Of a stretch of 64,000 nucleotides of DNA, positions 25,217-36,639 are shown in pieces. The DNA comes from Callorhinchus milii (Eukaryota), in contig NW_024704743.1 in the NCBI RefSeq assembly GCF_018977255.1, forward strand, positions 81,098,001 to 81,162,000, given 5' to 3'. Position 1 is the first letter of the stretch. Each line of letters opens with the position of its first letter. The notes below the pieces were generated by a model, which was given only the letters and a program-made list of their open reading frames with translations, was not told the origin of the DNA and made no database searches. The translations under genes and the position numbers were made by a program.

Positions 25217-26736
25217 CTGGAAAGCAATGACAAACCAAAAATAAATAGAAATGTGGCTATATGAATAAAAGTATACTTTCATACTAAATTAAAATTACCA
25301 ATGCTGTACTCAAATCTAAATTTCACTTAAAGCTGCCTTTGTGGCAATTCAATGTATACTATCAAATATATGGATGACTATTGTTTGGCCAGTTTTAACC
25401 CTTTTGAATACTGAACTGGCTTTCTACAATTTCAAAATTTACTTTCTTTCAGAAGATCAATAAATAGAAATAAAAATAAATTTCTAGCAAACTATTATTG
25501 TATATCAAGAATTAAAGAAGTGTAAGAAGCTATCAAATATTTCCTAATTCATTGCATTTTGAAACAAAGAAAGATCTATTTATGTTCTTGATTAAGTTGC
25601 AGAAATGCTGCTGGATAATTCAAACAGATTTTAAAAAGGCACCACAAATCCCACATGTTCATACCATTGGTTCAAAGCGCTCCGAGATGCTGCCACACGT
25701 GAATGGTGCTATATAAATGCAAGTTGTTGTTGCTATGTTGAAAATCCTAGTTCCAATTCCTGAATGCCAAACCAAATACTATGAATCTGATTTTGGCAGA
25801 TGAAACAATACAAATAACTATGATGAAAGTAAGGCAGGATACCGGTTAATGAATTTTGCAGCATTGATAATCCTATTGCATGCATCCTCCTGTAATTATC
25901 ATATCATTTAATGTATTCAGTTTCTGTTGAATTCTGCCCATTTGCATTGAAATATCCTTATTCATTGTTTTTTGCTGCCCCCATGTGTACCTTTTGATAA
26001 TAGCAAGGAATTATTTTCCAAAAGACAACTCACGTCCCTTGACTGACCCATATGCCAACAATGTTTTAGCTGTCAACTCAATCAATCATTTTTATTATTA
26101 ATAACAACAATAATCCTTGCACTTGAAATAGTGCTTTATCACGTTGTCGAGACGTATCAAAGCTTTAGGAAGTATTTAGGTATTAATGTCCTCGGACGCA
26201 TTTTCTGTGAAACGGAGTATTATTTCCCAGCAAAAATATATATAAATACATTATTAAAAAGGCTGAAACAGGGGCAGCCATCAATGCTGCAGAAGTAGCT
26301 GCACATTACAGACCAGGAGTTGGCTAGTTCGTCTGGGTGTGTGCTGAATTTTCTGGTCCCAGCCTTTTTTGGGGGGAGGCTTAACATGGCCTTTGTTTTT
26401 CCTAGGTTAGGGAGGTTAAAAATCCAAGTTCTCCTTCCGCATCTACTGGTATTGCGTGTGTGGAAACCGGTTGATGAGAGGTAGGCTCAGCTGTGATGCC
26501 CAATATAACTGAGCAGCCTGCCGTCACACAGCAACAACAACTTGTATTTATACTCGGGGTAGCGTCCCAGAGCACGCACTGCTAATTCTCAGATTTGAAC
26601 AATGGCCAGCCACATCGGTGAAACCAGACCCCAGCATGGGGAGGATGGGGACTATAAGTATGCCAATGGAGAGGAAAAAAATAGAAAATAATTGAACAAT
26701 TGTTTTTCAAAAAATGGTTTGAAATAGGAACATTTT

Positions 26737-27049
26737 ATAATAATAATTCTTGCATTTGATATAGCGCTTTTCATGTCTTCTCAACGTCTCAAAGCGCTTC
26801 ACAGAATAGACTGTAAAGTGAATTGGCCGTATATTTGTGGGCGAAAGGCGGCAGCCAATTGCGCACAGCAGTGTCCCACAAACAGTCGTGGATTGAGAAT
26901 GACCAATTTATTATTGTTTCGTTTTGGAGGGATTATTATTGGGCGTGTGGAGTAAGGAAACTTTCCCAAGATTTCGCCCTGCCTGGAAATGAACCCAAGT
27001 GTCTCGCTTGCAAGGCGAGTGCTCTAACCACTGAGCTACAGGACTCCAC
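26737..27049 (-). mobile_element. Full-length tRNA-derived SINE, same family
   Basis: Reverse complement of the 12582 copy. Confidence 0.9.
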
Positions 27050-27603
27050 AATTTTCAAGCCAACCTAAAAAGATGTTTATTTTTAAATTTAAAGAGTTAA
27101 AAGTTTAGGAATAAAATAATTAAAAAATAGCATAATGTCCAGAAATATATTTGATTTCTGATATACAGTCCAGAAATATAGCTGATATAACAACTTACAT
27201 TATCTTTTACAGAGAATAAATTAGAATAAATAAATTAGCTTAAAATCTGTTCAAATGTGATTTGGAGCATGAAAGGGGGGGAATAAAAGATGTTGACCAA
27301 AAACTGAGTACTCTTAAGCTTAATAATGGGTCAGAAACCTGACTGTCTTGAGAAAGAGTTCCACTGAATAGACATAGGAGATGACTGTCTCGCACTAATT
27401 TTGTGAGGGAAGTAGAAAGAAACAAGGCATAGATCATACAGTTTTAATGAATGCACCTCTCCCTTTGCAGTTATGAACATGCCACATCCAAAAATCCATT
27501 CAGTGCCTCCAAATTACAGAAATCTAAGTTTTGTAATAAAAGATTAAGCTACAAATGATCTTCAAACATTCCAAATTTAAAACTCTTAGCATTGTCTATT
27601 TAC

Positions 27604-27835
27604 CTCATGCATGTAAGGATCCACCAGAATTTCAAAGGGACCAACTGCTAGTGAAATATTTGGAGCTGCTGTAGGAATAGTCAGAGTGTAATGGAAAGTC
27701 TTCTTCCTCATGTCATGGGTATAAATTGTTTCCACCAAATCTCCATTTGAAACTGCGACCATAGCAGCGTCAACTGTGAACTCAAGTTTCCACGTGCACA
27801 GTTCAGAGTACGAGTCAACACAGGGAAACCAGAAC
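27604..27835 (-). CDS. TAF2: TAF2 exon 6 ([19 protein letters not shown]...ILVDPYMHE)
   Basis: 232 nt; within ORF 27586..27858; AG/GTAAAT. Confidence 0.97.
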
Positions 27836-28204
27836 CTGCAACCAAGAAAAAAAATCAAAACAATTGTACATCTCTACTTACTCCCCCTCCCAATTCTTCA
27901 TCCTTTAAAATAATTTATCAAACACACAATTTTGGCAGTTGTGAAAGTTAATTCAAATCAATCAAGAAGTATTGAGCAATATCCATTCCCATTTCAAAGT
28001 GGAAGGGAGTGACACTATTTAAGTTTTTTATATTAGTGGAAACTACCCACTGAGTACAAACACTAGCAACCTTCATGAGAAATAACGAGATAATTGTTAA
28101 TGTCAGTGAATGGTGAGATAGCACCGCAGAGTCTCTATACATGCTGCTTGACATGTAATAATACGATTGCCAAATAACATTCAAATTTTAGTTTGTAAAC
28201 GTGG

Positions 28205-28512
28205 GCGGAGCAAAACCCTAATTAGGCAAGTTATCTTACTCCACACGTCTCAGTTTACCTAGCAGTAAATAGGACCCCGGTTGTTAGTCGATTGGTAGAT
28301 CGCTTTCCGAGGGTAATAATTCCTTCAAAAAAAATAATTTGGTCACTTAATTCACGACTGTTTGTGGTACACTCCTGTGTGCAATCGGCTGCCGCGATTC
28401 GCCTACAAAATATACAGTCAATTCACTTTACATTATATTCTGCGAAACGCTTTGAGACGTCTCAAAGGTGTGATAAGGCACTACATCAAATTCAAGGATT
28501 ACTATTATTATT
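28205..28512 (+). mobile_element. Older, longer SINE variant with extra internal segment (TTTACCTAGCAGTAAATAGG...GATCGCTTTCC)
   Basis: Shares the post-tRNA region, core and tail with the young SINE; the extra segment recurs near 32900-32960. Confidence 0.75.
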
Positions 28513-28664
28513 AGGTTCAATCACTCATTAAAAGTTACTAAATTCCTACTGTTCAATATGCATTTTAGTAACAGTAGCTTCCAACATAAAAAATAATGTA
28601 TGTTATCTAAAAGGAATTTTGTTCATGATAATTACTTTTTTTTAAAAAAAATAAGGTTACTCAC

Positions 28665-28806
28665 CTTGTACAGTTTTCATAGCCAAAGGAGAAGGCATGT
28701 GCACCTCTCTCAGCCATGCTGCCTTCCATATCGGGCACCACAAAATGGAGACCTCCCTTTGGCTGGTCCAAGGAAAATTCTATATATACCTTCAAGACCT
28801 TCATCT
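28665..28806 (-). CDS. TAF2: TAF2 exon 5 ([46 protein letters not shown])
   Basis: 142 nt; AG/GTGAGT. Confidence 0.95.
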
Positions 28807-29423
28807 CTAATGATGTCAAACAGGAACAAAATATATAGTTTATCTAATAGAAACAGCACAGGCCAAAACTCTCTTACTGTTACTGTCTTTTAAAAAAAAT
28901 TCAACTTGCCAATCAAACATACACGTGTCAATAATCTGAAGTTATACAGTGACTACTTGTTAAAATATGTATTTTAGAATTAAGATTGATTGAGATGGTT
29001 GGAAAATGCATAATAGTGTATATAAGTAGTACCAGTTCAACTTGAATAAATCACAAAAATAAGGTGTCAGATAATAAAAATTCAGTATCTGAAACAGTTG
29101 GTATTATTACTAGAATCAGTAAAATGCATGATGCCTATGTTAATTACCAAACGAAAAGTCTGTAAAACACAAAAGAGATGAGAAAAATTGGATAGGATTT
29201 CTAATAATCAAGCAATGATGTCACTGAAAAGATCATGCTTGGCTACAATGCCCCCATGGCTCAGCAGCCTGTGGACACTTACTGTCTGTCCAGTTATAGA
29301 AACAACTACTTCAGTAGAAGCACTGCTGGTACCCATGGGATTATGTCCCAGGAAACACAAGAATCTTCAGAAGGGAAAAATTAACGAAAAATATGTGCAT
29401 GCCCTCAGTAAACAGACACTCAC

Positions 29424-29542
29424 CATCAACATGTTTCCATAGTTCAGATGGAACCTTGATGCACAGTTCTCCATTTCCAGTGTCTGGGTCAACAGCACTG
29501 ACTGCTGCTGTATAGGCATTGGCAAAATAATTTAGATTTCTC
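29424..29542 (-). CDS. TAF2: TAF2 exon 4 (RNLNYFANAYTAAVSAVDPDTGNGELCIKVPSELWKHVD)
   Basis: 119 nt; AG/GTGAGT. Confidence 0.96.
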
Positions 29543-30489
29543 CTAAAATTGAAAAGAAGGTACCACAGTTAAAGCTGATAATTAACCAGGTCAAAGATGC
29601 AAACACTAATGGTAATCAAAAGATAAGATGCTGTAGTAAGAAAGACCATTTGGTCAGACACACCTGTTCTCTCCATACTCATACATGACCAATCAATGCC
29701 ACCCCACTACAGATTCCTGTATCAGGATTAACAATCATGGATAACCAATCAATCCATTTACCCCAAAGATGTGGGAGAAGTGGCAAGAACAATGAACACT
29801 GAAACAGGGTTTCACTGAGATAACAATGAGCATTTTTAGTTCCATTTACAAATGTCCCAGCAATGACTGAAATTGGGCTAAGCAGCTCACCATGCTATAA
29901 TTTCACAGGCCAAAGGCTGAATTTACAAAATACTATTATACAATATATGTCATTGCTTAAAATACGCATAAAAATCATGTGCTGAAAATAAGGTAACGGT
30001 AAAAATAACCACAATTAGTTTTCAATCACTAAGCACCATCTTAAATTATACTTTGTTGATTACTATTGTTTGCCTTAAGCATATTTCAGAACTTTAAGAG
30101 TTATCATTTCTACCATAAAATGTTTGCAGGAAATATATTCTTGAAATTATTTATTTTACAAAAGCAGTTCAACCATTAACCTCTTGGAGCCATTTCAGAG
30201 AACTTGTTCCCCTTCTTTCTATCACCCCAAGATGTGAAATGTACATTTATAAAGCGTCTTTCACATTGGGAGGATGTGGCAAAGCACTCGACAATGCTGG
30301 ATGAGCACCCAAGCTGGGAGTGGCAGCCAAGGGGATTTGGGAGTGGAAAGTTGACCTAACAAACGGTGAAAGAAGTACGTTTTGAGCCATGCTTTGAAAT
30401 TATGGATTGACATCATATTATTTATGAGGACATAATGAGACTATAGGAAAAAAAGTAAATGGTTCAGGTTAGAGCAAGGTCATACTTAC

Positions 30490-30650
30490 TGCTTTGATTC
30501 ATGATGGCAGACTTCGAGTGTTGGATCATTGTAAATGAAAGCAGCTTCTAAATCATTTACTCTTACTCTGTAAATCCGACATTGCTTGCTGTTCAATTTA
30601 ATTCTGTTGAGGTTGGCAACTGATGGAAATATAGTCAACTCCACATAACC
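30490..30650 (-). CDS. TAF2: TAF2 exon 3 (GYVELTIFPSVANLNRIKLNSKQCRIYRVRVNDLEAAFIYNDPTLEVCHHESK)
   Basis: 161 nt; AG acceptor, GTAAGT donor; translated by hand. Confidence 0.96.
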
Positions 30651-30711
30651 CTACAAACACAGAACATGAGTCCTATTTAATGAATCTGAAATAGTATTAC
30701 CTTTATTCATT

Positions 30712-31619
30712 ACAACAACAAGATTACATTTGTGTAGCGCCTTTCATGTCGGGAGGACGTCCCAAGGCGCTGGACAGAATACAGCATTTCAGACCCAAGC
30801 TGGGGTCGGGGGTGTGGGAGGGGAGGGGAAGGTGGGTGGCCGATGGCATGGTCAAAGAGGAGGGTTCTGGATTATCTTCAGTCTGCGGAGGGAGGAGTTG
30901 GGAAGGCCAACAAGCAGAGCATTTGCATAGTTGAGCCTGGAGGTGATGAAGGCATGAACAAGAGCTTCAGCAGCCTAAGGGGTGAGGTAGTGGCGGAGTC
31001 GGGCGATGTTACGGAGGTGAGGGAAGGCAGAGCAGGTCATGGCTTGAATGTGGGGGAGAAAAGACAGTTGAGGGTCAAACAAGACACCTGGGTTCCTGAC
31101 TGGCTTGGTGAGCTGTAGTAGTGTGCAACCATGGAGGTTGATGTTGCCAGAGCCTGAGGTGCAGAGGTGCTGGCGCGAGCCAATCAGGAGGGCCTCAGTC
31201 TTGTTCACGTTCAACTGTAGGAAATGTGCCCTCATCCAGGACTTGATGTCCGACAGGCAGTCTGTCAGGACAGCAGTGGTCCTGGAGTTGAGGGTGGAGG
31301 CAGAAAGATAGAGTTGGGTGTCATCCGCATACATGTGGAAGTTGACCCCATGTCTGCGGATGATGTCACCAAGGGGGAGCGTGTAGATATTAAAGAGGAG
31401 AGGGCCAAGGACAGAGCCCTGGGGGACGCCAGACATGACAGTGCAGGGGCTGGAGGAGAAATCGTTAGAGGCAACAAAAGTGGAGACGGTGAGAGAGATA
31501 GGAATCAAACCAGGCAAGGGCAGGTCCGTGAAGATTGAGTAAAGCGGAGAGGCGTTGTATGAGGTTGGAGTGGTCGACAGTGTCGAAGGCAGCAGAGAGG
31601 TCGAGGAGGACAAGGAGGC
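30712..31619 (-). mobile_element. L2-clade LINE, 5'-truncated, RT remnant plus 3' tail
   Basis: ORF 30975..31613 has [16 protein letters not shown] and [10 protein letters not shown]; (TTG)n tail; internal deletion. Confidence 0.92.
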
Positions 31620-31656
31620 AGTTTAAAAAGTGTAAATGAATTGAACAGTTACTTAC

Positions 31657-31711
31657 TATAACAGACTTCCTCTGGAAGTTTATATTATTTATGCAGACCA
31701 CCTGGTGAGTT
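31657..31711 (-). CDS. TAF2: TAF2 exon 2 ([18 protein letters not shown])
   Basis: 55 nt; acceptor ...TCTCTTTAC, donor GTAAGT. Confidence 0.93.
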
Positions 31712-32521
31712 GTAAAGAGACAATAAAAAAGAAAGTAAATGAGGACTCGTTACTGCAACTCACTGAAAGTTGGCATTTGCTGATAGCTTTCTCTAAGCTG
31801 CTACATATGGTGTGCTGCAAGTGCTCCCATTAGAATAGCAAATACATTAGAATTGTATTAAACACAGGCAACGTAATTTACTGGGCTGCCTGTTCATCCT
31901 TCACATTGCAGAGTTTATAATCCCAGGCATGTATGTCACACATTGACCAATGCTGAGCAGAAGACAGAAAGGCAAAGGGAAAATTGCAGAGAACGTGCCT
32001 GGGAATTCTAATCCACCTCCAACCAAACTAGAAACAAAGGATAAGGTCACACACAACCTCATTGGTCAGTTAACAAACTTTTGACAATTTCAATGTTTAT
32101 AAAAATACACATTATAACAAAAACACTCCAACACTGTTGTTTATGTGACTGCAAAAATAGTTCATTCCATCTACTCTAATTGTTTCCAAATAATATTTAG
32201 AAAAATAAAGTATTTCTTTCAAAATAATATATACCTGTGGTGATTATGATTTTACTATGGGGCATTCTAATACAATTTACATTTATATAGCACTTATCAT
32301 GTCTGGAGGATGTCTCATAGCACTCAACACAAATTGGGGGTGGGATGGGGTACATTTTAAAAGAAGATTCATAAGTTCTGCTCTGACATATTCAAGAAAA
32401 ATAATTTTAAAAAGTATTTTGGCAATTTTTAAAAAATAAATGAGTTGAGTGACAACAATATGGAAGGTGCAATACAAGTTGGGAAATGCAATATAAAGAA
32501 ATGTAAATTGGCTGAATTTAG

Positions 32522-33345
32522 CAATAATAATAATCCTCACATTTGATATAGCGCGTTGTCTATGAGACTTCTCAAAGCACTTCACAAAATATATTGTAAA
32601 GTGTAGGGATTGTGTAGTCTTGTGGACAAAACACAGCAGTCAATTCTGCACAGCAGCGTCCCAAAGTCGTGGATTGAGTGACCAAATTATTATTATTTTA
32701 AAAAAAGGATTATTACCCCCAGAAAGCGATCCACCAATCGACTTAACAAACATGGTTGAATACTGTATTGTGCCAAAACATTTATTGTGAGAGTCCTGTA
32801 ACTTAGTGATTTGAACACTCTCCTCTCAAGTGAGAGGACCTTGTGTTTGATTTCTGGCATGGTGAAATGTTGGGCAAGTTTCCTGACTCCACACTCCTGT
32901 GTTTACCTAGCAATGAGAAGGAAGCCGGCTGGAAGTCGACTGGCGGATCGCTTTTCCGGGGGTAATAATAATAATCCTTGCATTTGATATAGAGCTTCTC
33001 ACGTCTTCCAGACTTCTCAAAGCGCTTTACAGAATATACTGTAAAGTATAGTGACTGTATATTTGTGGGCGAAAGCGGCAGCCAATTGCGCAGAGCAGCG
33101 TTGAACAAAAAGTCGTGGATTGAGTGACAGAATTATTTTTATTTATTATTATTTTTTCTTAAGAGATTATTATCAGGCATAATTTCTTAATAATAATAAT
33201 AATTTGGTCACTCAATCCATGACTGTTTGTTGGACACTGCTATGTACAATTGGCTGCCATGTTTCACCCACAAAATACAAAATCAATTCACTTTACATAT
33301 TCTGTGAAGCGCTTTGAGACCTCTCAAAGACGTGATAAGGTGCTA
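32522..33345. mobile_element. Cluster of four SINE fragments in alternating orientation
   Basis: Minus 32522-32745, plus head 32790-32965, minus 32963-33180, plus 33190-33345. Confidence 0.8.
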
Positions 33346-33431
33346 TCTGTCTGTGTGTCTGTCTGTATATCAATCTACATTCCAATAATGTATCCTTTGG
33401 TTGCAAGTGAAGATGCAACGGATACAGCTAG
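33346..33431 (+). mobile_element. Helitron-like 3' end
   Basis: GTTGCA-N8-TGCAAC-GGATACAG-CTAG|T. Confidence 0.65.
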
Positions 33432-34545
33432 TTAAAAATAATCCATTAATACATCTGGGCCATCCAAACACCTGAATAAATTGATACTTGGTGCATTAAC
33501 AGTGGCATGAACCAAAGTACTGTTGAACCACCTCCTCAGGCGGTTTCAGAATCAGGGCTCCAATATGATCTGCTCTTCAATGTCATTCACTCCCAATTAT
33601 ACTGCACTTTTTTGTGGCGATTCACAAACATAACTTAAAAACATTGCTTTCCCAAATACAGCACTCGTGAGAGACCTATAGCAGCCGGTGCTTTTCTAAC
33701 AGTTACATACTTTAAAAAAAATTCTCCAGACACAACTTTTGTATTTTGCAAGATTTTCCCCCCCACCCACAAATAAAATCCATATGGTATGACATTTCAT
33801 ATGTACATTGCTGCACTACTCAAATCCTATTCTTAAACCTAGTGCATTAAGATTGCTGAAATCCTGGTGATAACTGGTGCAATACCACCAATTAATAGTG
33901 GATCACCATCAGCTTCCATACACAAACAGTTAATAATAAAAATCACTCATCAACTCTGCAGTGAAAATAGTTCTCTTTTACACTAATGACCTAAAAAGAG
34001 CAAACATTTATCACAAGTGCTATTAGCATTTTGTTGCAAGTGTGGGAAATAGATTTATATATCACTTATAATAGTATCTTGCATTTGATATAGCACCTTA
34101 TTATTAACAAAACTTCTGAAAGCACAATACAGGATCTACTGTAAAATGTAACAACCGTGTATTTGAAGGCAAGCAGCAGATTAGCCAATTTGTTCACAAA
34201 TACTCTTCAGATTTAGGTAAGCAGGATGAGTATTATCTACATTATATTGTCATATGCAAAAACCCATCACCATGTTTAAGAGTATCCAAACCAGACTGAG
34301 AATTCTACTTATGTAAGCCAACCTACATACAGAAATTTCCATATCTGGAATTGATTGCACTCTCTCTCCTGTGGTTACCAACTGTCCGGTTTTGGACCAA
34401 AATGTCCGGTTTTAATGGAAATTGTACAGCGTCTGATCAGACGCATTAACCGGACACCAGTCGGGTTATTTACCCACAGGTGGCAGCTGTTTGCGGAGGG
34501 AGAAACTGATGATGGAACTAGAACTCCAGGTATAGAAACACGTTA

Positions 34546-34953
34546 AACAAAACAACAAAATTACATTTGTATAGCACCTTTCACGTCGGGAAGACGTTGC
34601 AAGGCACTGGACAGACAGTTATGAACCCAAGGGGTAGGGGTGCGGGAGGGTGGAGGGCCGGGGGGGAAGCAGGGAGATCGAAAGCACGGTCAAAGAGAGG
34701 TCTTGAGATGGGTCTTGAAGGTGGCAAGGGAGGGGGCGAGATGGAGGGTCTGCGAGATGGAGTTCCAGAGGGTGGGGGCAGAGCGGCAAAAGGCCCGCCT
34801 GCCAATAGTGGGGCGAGCAAGCCAGGGTATATGAAGCAGGCTGGAGCCCGCTGCGCGGAAAGAGCGAACAGGATGGTAGGGGGTGAGAAGGTCGCAGAAG
34901 TAGGGGGGAGCAAGACCGTGGAGGGCTTTGAAGGTGAGGACCAGGATCTTGAA
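34546..34953 (-). mobile_element. L2 3' fragment
   Basis: ORF2 C-terminus and (TTG)n tail. Confidence 0.85.
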
Positions 34954-35057
34954 CTGTAAAATGCAAAATACTGCAGATGCTGGAAATCTTAAAGAAAAAC
35001 AGAAGTTCGCTGGGAAAGCTCAGCAGGTCAGGCAGCATCTATGGAGAAAGGCAAGGT

Positions 35058-35094
35058 AGTCGATGTTTCAGGTCCATGACCCTTTGTCAGAACT
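35058..35094 (-). ncRNA. Hammerhead-like motif, mutated copy, sense to TAF2 pre-mRNA
   Basis: AGUU-CUGACAA-A-GGGUC/AUG/GACCU-GAAA-C-AUC-GACU; G8 changed to A. Confidence 0.5.
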
Positions 35095-35756
35095 GGGGCA
35101 CGTTGGGAAGGAGAGGCTTTTAACAGACTACCAGAGAGAGGGGAGTAGAGGAAGGAAGACAAAGGAGAAAATGGGGTAGAGGACAGGGGATGATGGGTTA
35201 AAGAGGTGTTAATAATGCAAAACAAAGGGGGGGAATTGCAACAAAACAGGGGAATAGAGATGTTAATAATGCAAAAAGGCAGGGGAAAATTGCAACAAAA
35301 CAGGCAGACCAAATAGCGAAAAGGTGTGCCTGGGATCTAGATGATGCGGTAATGGTCACAGAAGATGGGGAGGGGGGGAAGGTGAGCTGCTATGGTCATA
35401 ATAGCTCACCTTCCTCGTTATGCTCGCTGTTCATGGTCATAATAGCAGATCATAACAGCTTACCTTCTCTCTCTCTCTCTCTTCTGTAGCCATTAACACA
35501 ACATCTGGGTCCCAGACATACCTTTTCTCTCTCCGGTCTGCCCGTTTTGTTGCAATTCCACCCACCCCCACCTTTATTTTGCATTATCAACACCTCTATT
35601 CACGTTTTGCCGCAATCCCCCCTCTTTGCTTTGCGTCATTAACACCTCCCTATCCCATCATCCCCTGTCCTCTACCCCATTTTCTCCTTTGCATTCCTTG
35701 CCTTACCTCCCCCCTCTCTGTTAGCCCTTAAAAGCTTCTCCCTTCAAACATGCCCC

Positions 35757-35793
35757 CGTTCTGACGAAGGGTCGTGGACCCGAAACATTGACT
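35757..35793 (+). ncRNA. Minimal type I hammerhead ribozyme-like motif, probably decayed
   Basis: GUU-CUGACGA-A-GGGUC/GUG/GACCC-GAAA-C-AUU-GAC: intact core and 5 bp stem II; cleavage triplet appears mutated from GUC. Confidence 0.6.
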
Positions 35794-36382
35794 CACTTTC
35801 CTTTCTCCATGGAAACTGCCTGACCTGCTGAGTGTTCCCAGCAACTTCTGTTTTTGTGATATGTGGGAATGAACCCTTGTGTCCGGTTTAGAGAAACTGC
35901 AAAGTTGCCCTTCTGTCTCCCTGGAGGGACTCACCCTGCTTACCTAAATCCGAACGTGCCGGTTGGCGGACCTAAAGTGTGCATTGGGAATACAGTTGGA
36001 GTCTAACCAGCTAAAACCACATAGTTTGGAGTGAGGGGATGGGGGATGTTAAGGTATCAAAAAGGAAACTCTTATTGTTATCTACGCTGCATCTGAGCTG
36101 AGCTCTCAGTGGTAAGTATATTTTGTGGACAAAATATACAGTCGCTACACTTTACAGTGTATCCTGTGAAGCGCTTTGAGGTGTGTCGAAGACGTGATGA
36201 GGCGCTATATCAAATGCAAGGATTATTGTAAGTAGAGATATAACTGGAGCTCCGGGACACAGTCTACTCCGGATACTCCGGATTAGATCGCAAAGAGCTC
36301 GCAAAAACACACAATCAATGGACTTTGCAGTTTATCCTGTGAAGGGCTTTGAGACGTCTCAACGACATGATAACCTGCAATA

Positions 36383-36592
36383 TCAACAACAACAAGATTG
36401 CATTTATAAAGCGCCTTCACGTCAGGAGGACGTCCCAAGGCGCTGCACAGTTGGGACAGGACCCGAGCAGTGGGGAAATGGTCAGGGTGAGGGGAGGGAA
36501 GGGAGGGAGCGAGGAGGGGGTAGAGAGTCGAGAGGGGAGCTGAAGGCACGGTTGAACAGAAAGGTCTTGAGACCGGCCTTGTAGGAGGAAAG
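36383..36592 (-). mobile_element. Young L2 3' fragment inserted into a SINE tail
   Basis: Near-identical to the 40134 and 52811 copies. Confidence 0.85.
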
Positions 36593-36639
36593 GGTTATTG
36601 CAAGGAAATGCAAGGATTACTATTATTATTGTTATTAGT

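Larger units (their letters stand above)
34957..35855. mobile_element. Fold-back (inverted repeat) element built from Penelope-like terminal repeats
   Basis: Arms of about 400 bp (34995-35397 vs 35449-35855) are imperfect reverse complements; CTCAGCAGGTCAGGCAGCATC motif; a hammerhead-like motif in each arm. Confidence 0.75.

Noticed and set aside
30975..31613. 212 aa ORF with the YADD reverse transcriptase motif (also ORFs 38401..39060 and 41295..41912)
   Set aside because: Truncated, frameshifted L2 remnants; not a host gene, retron or other novel RT system
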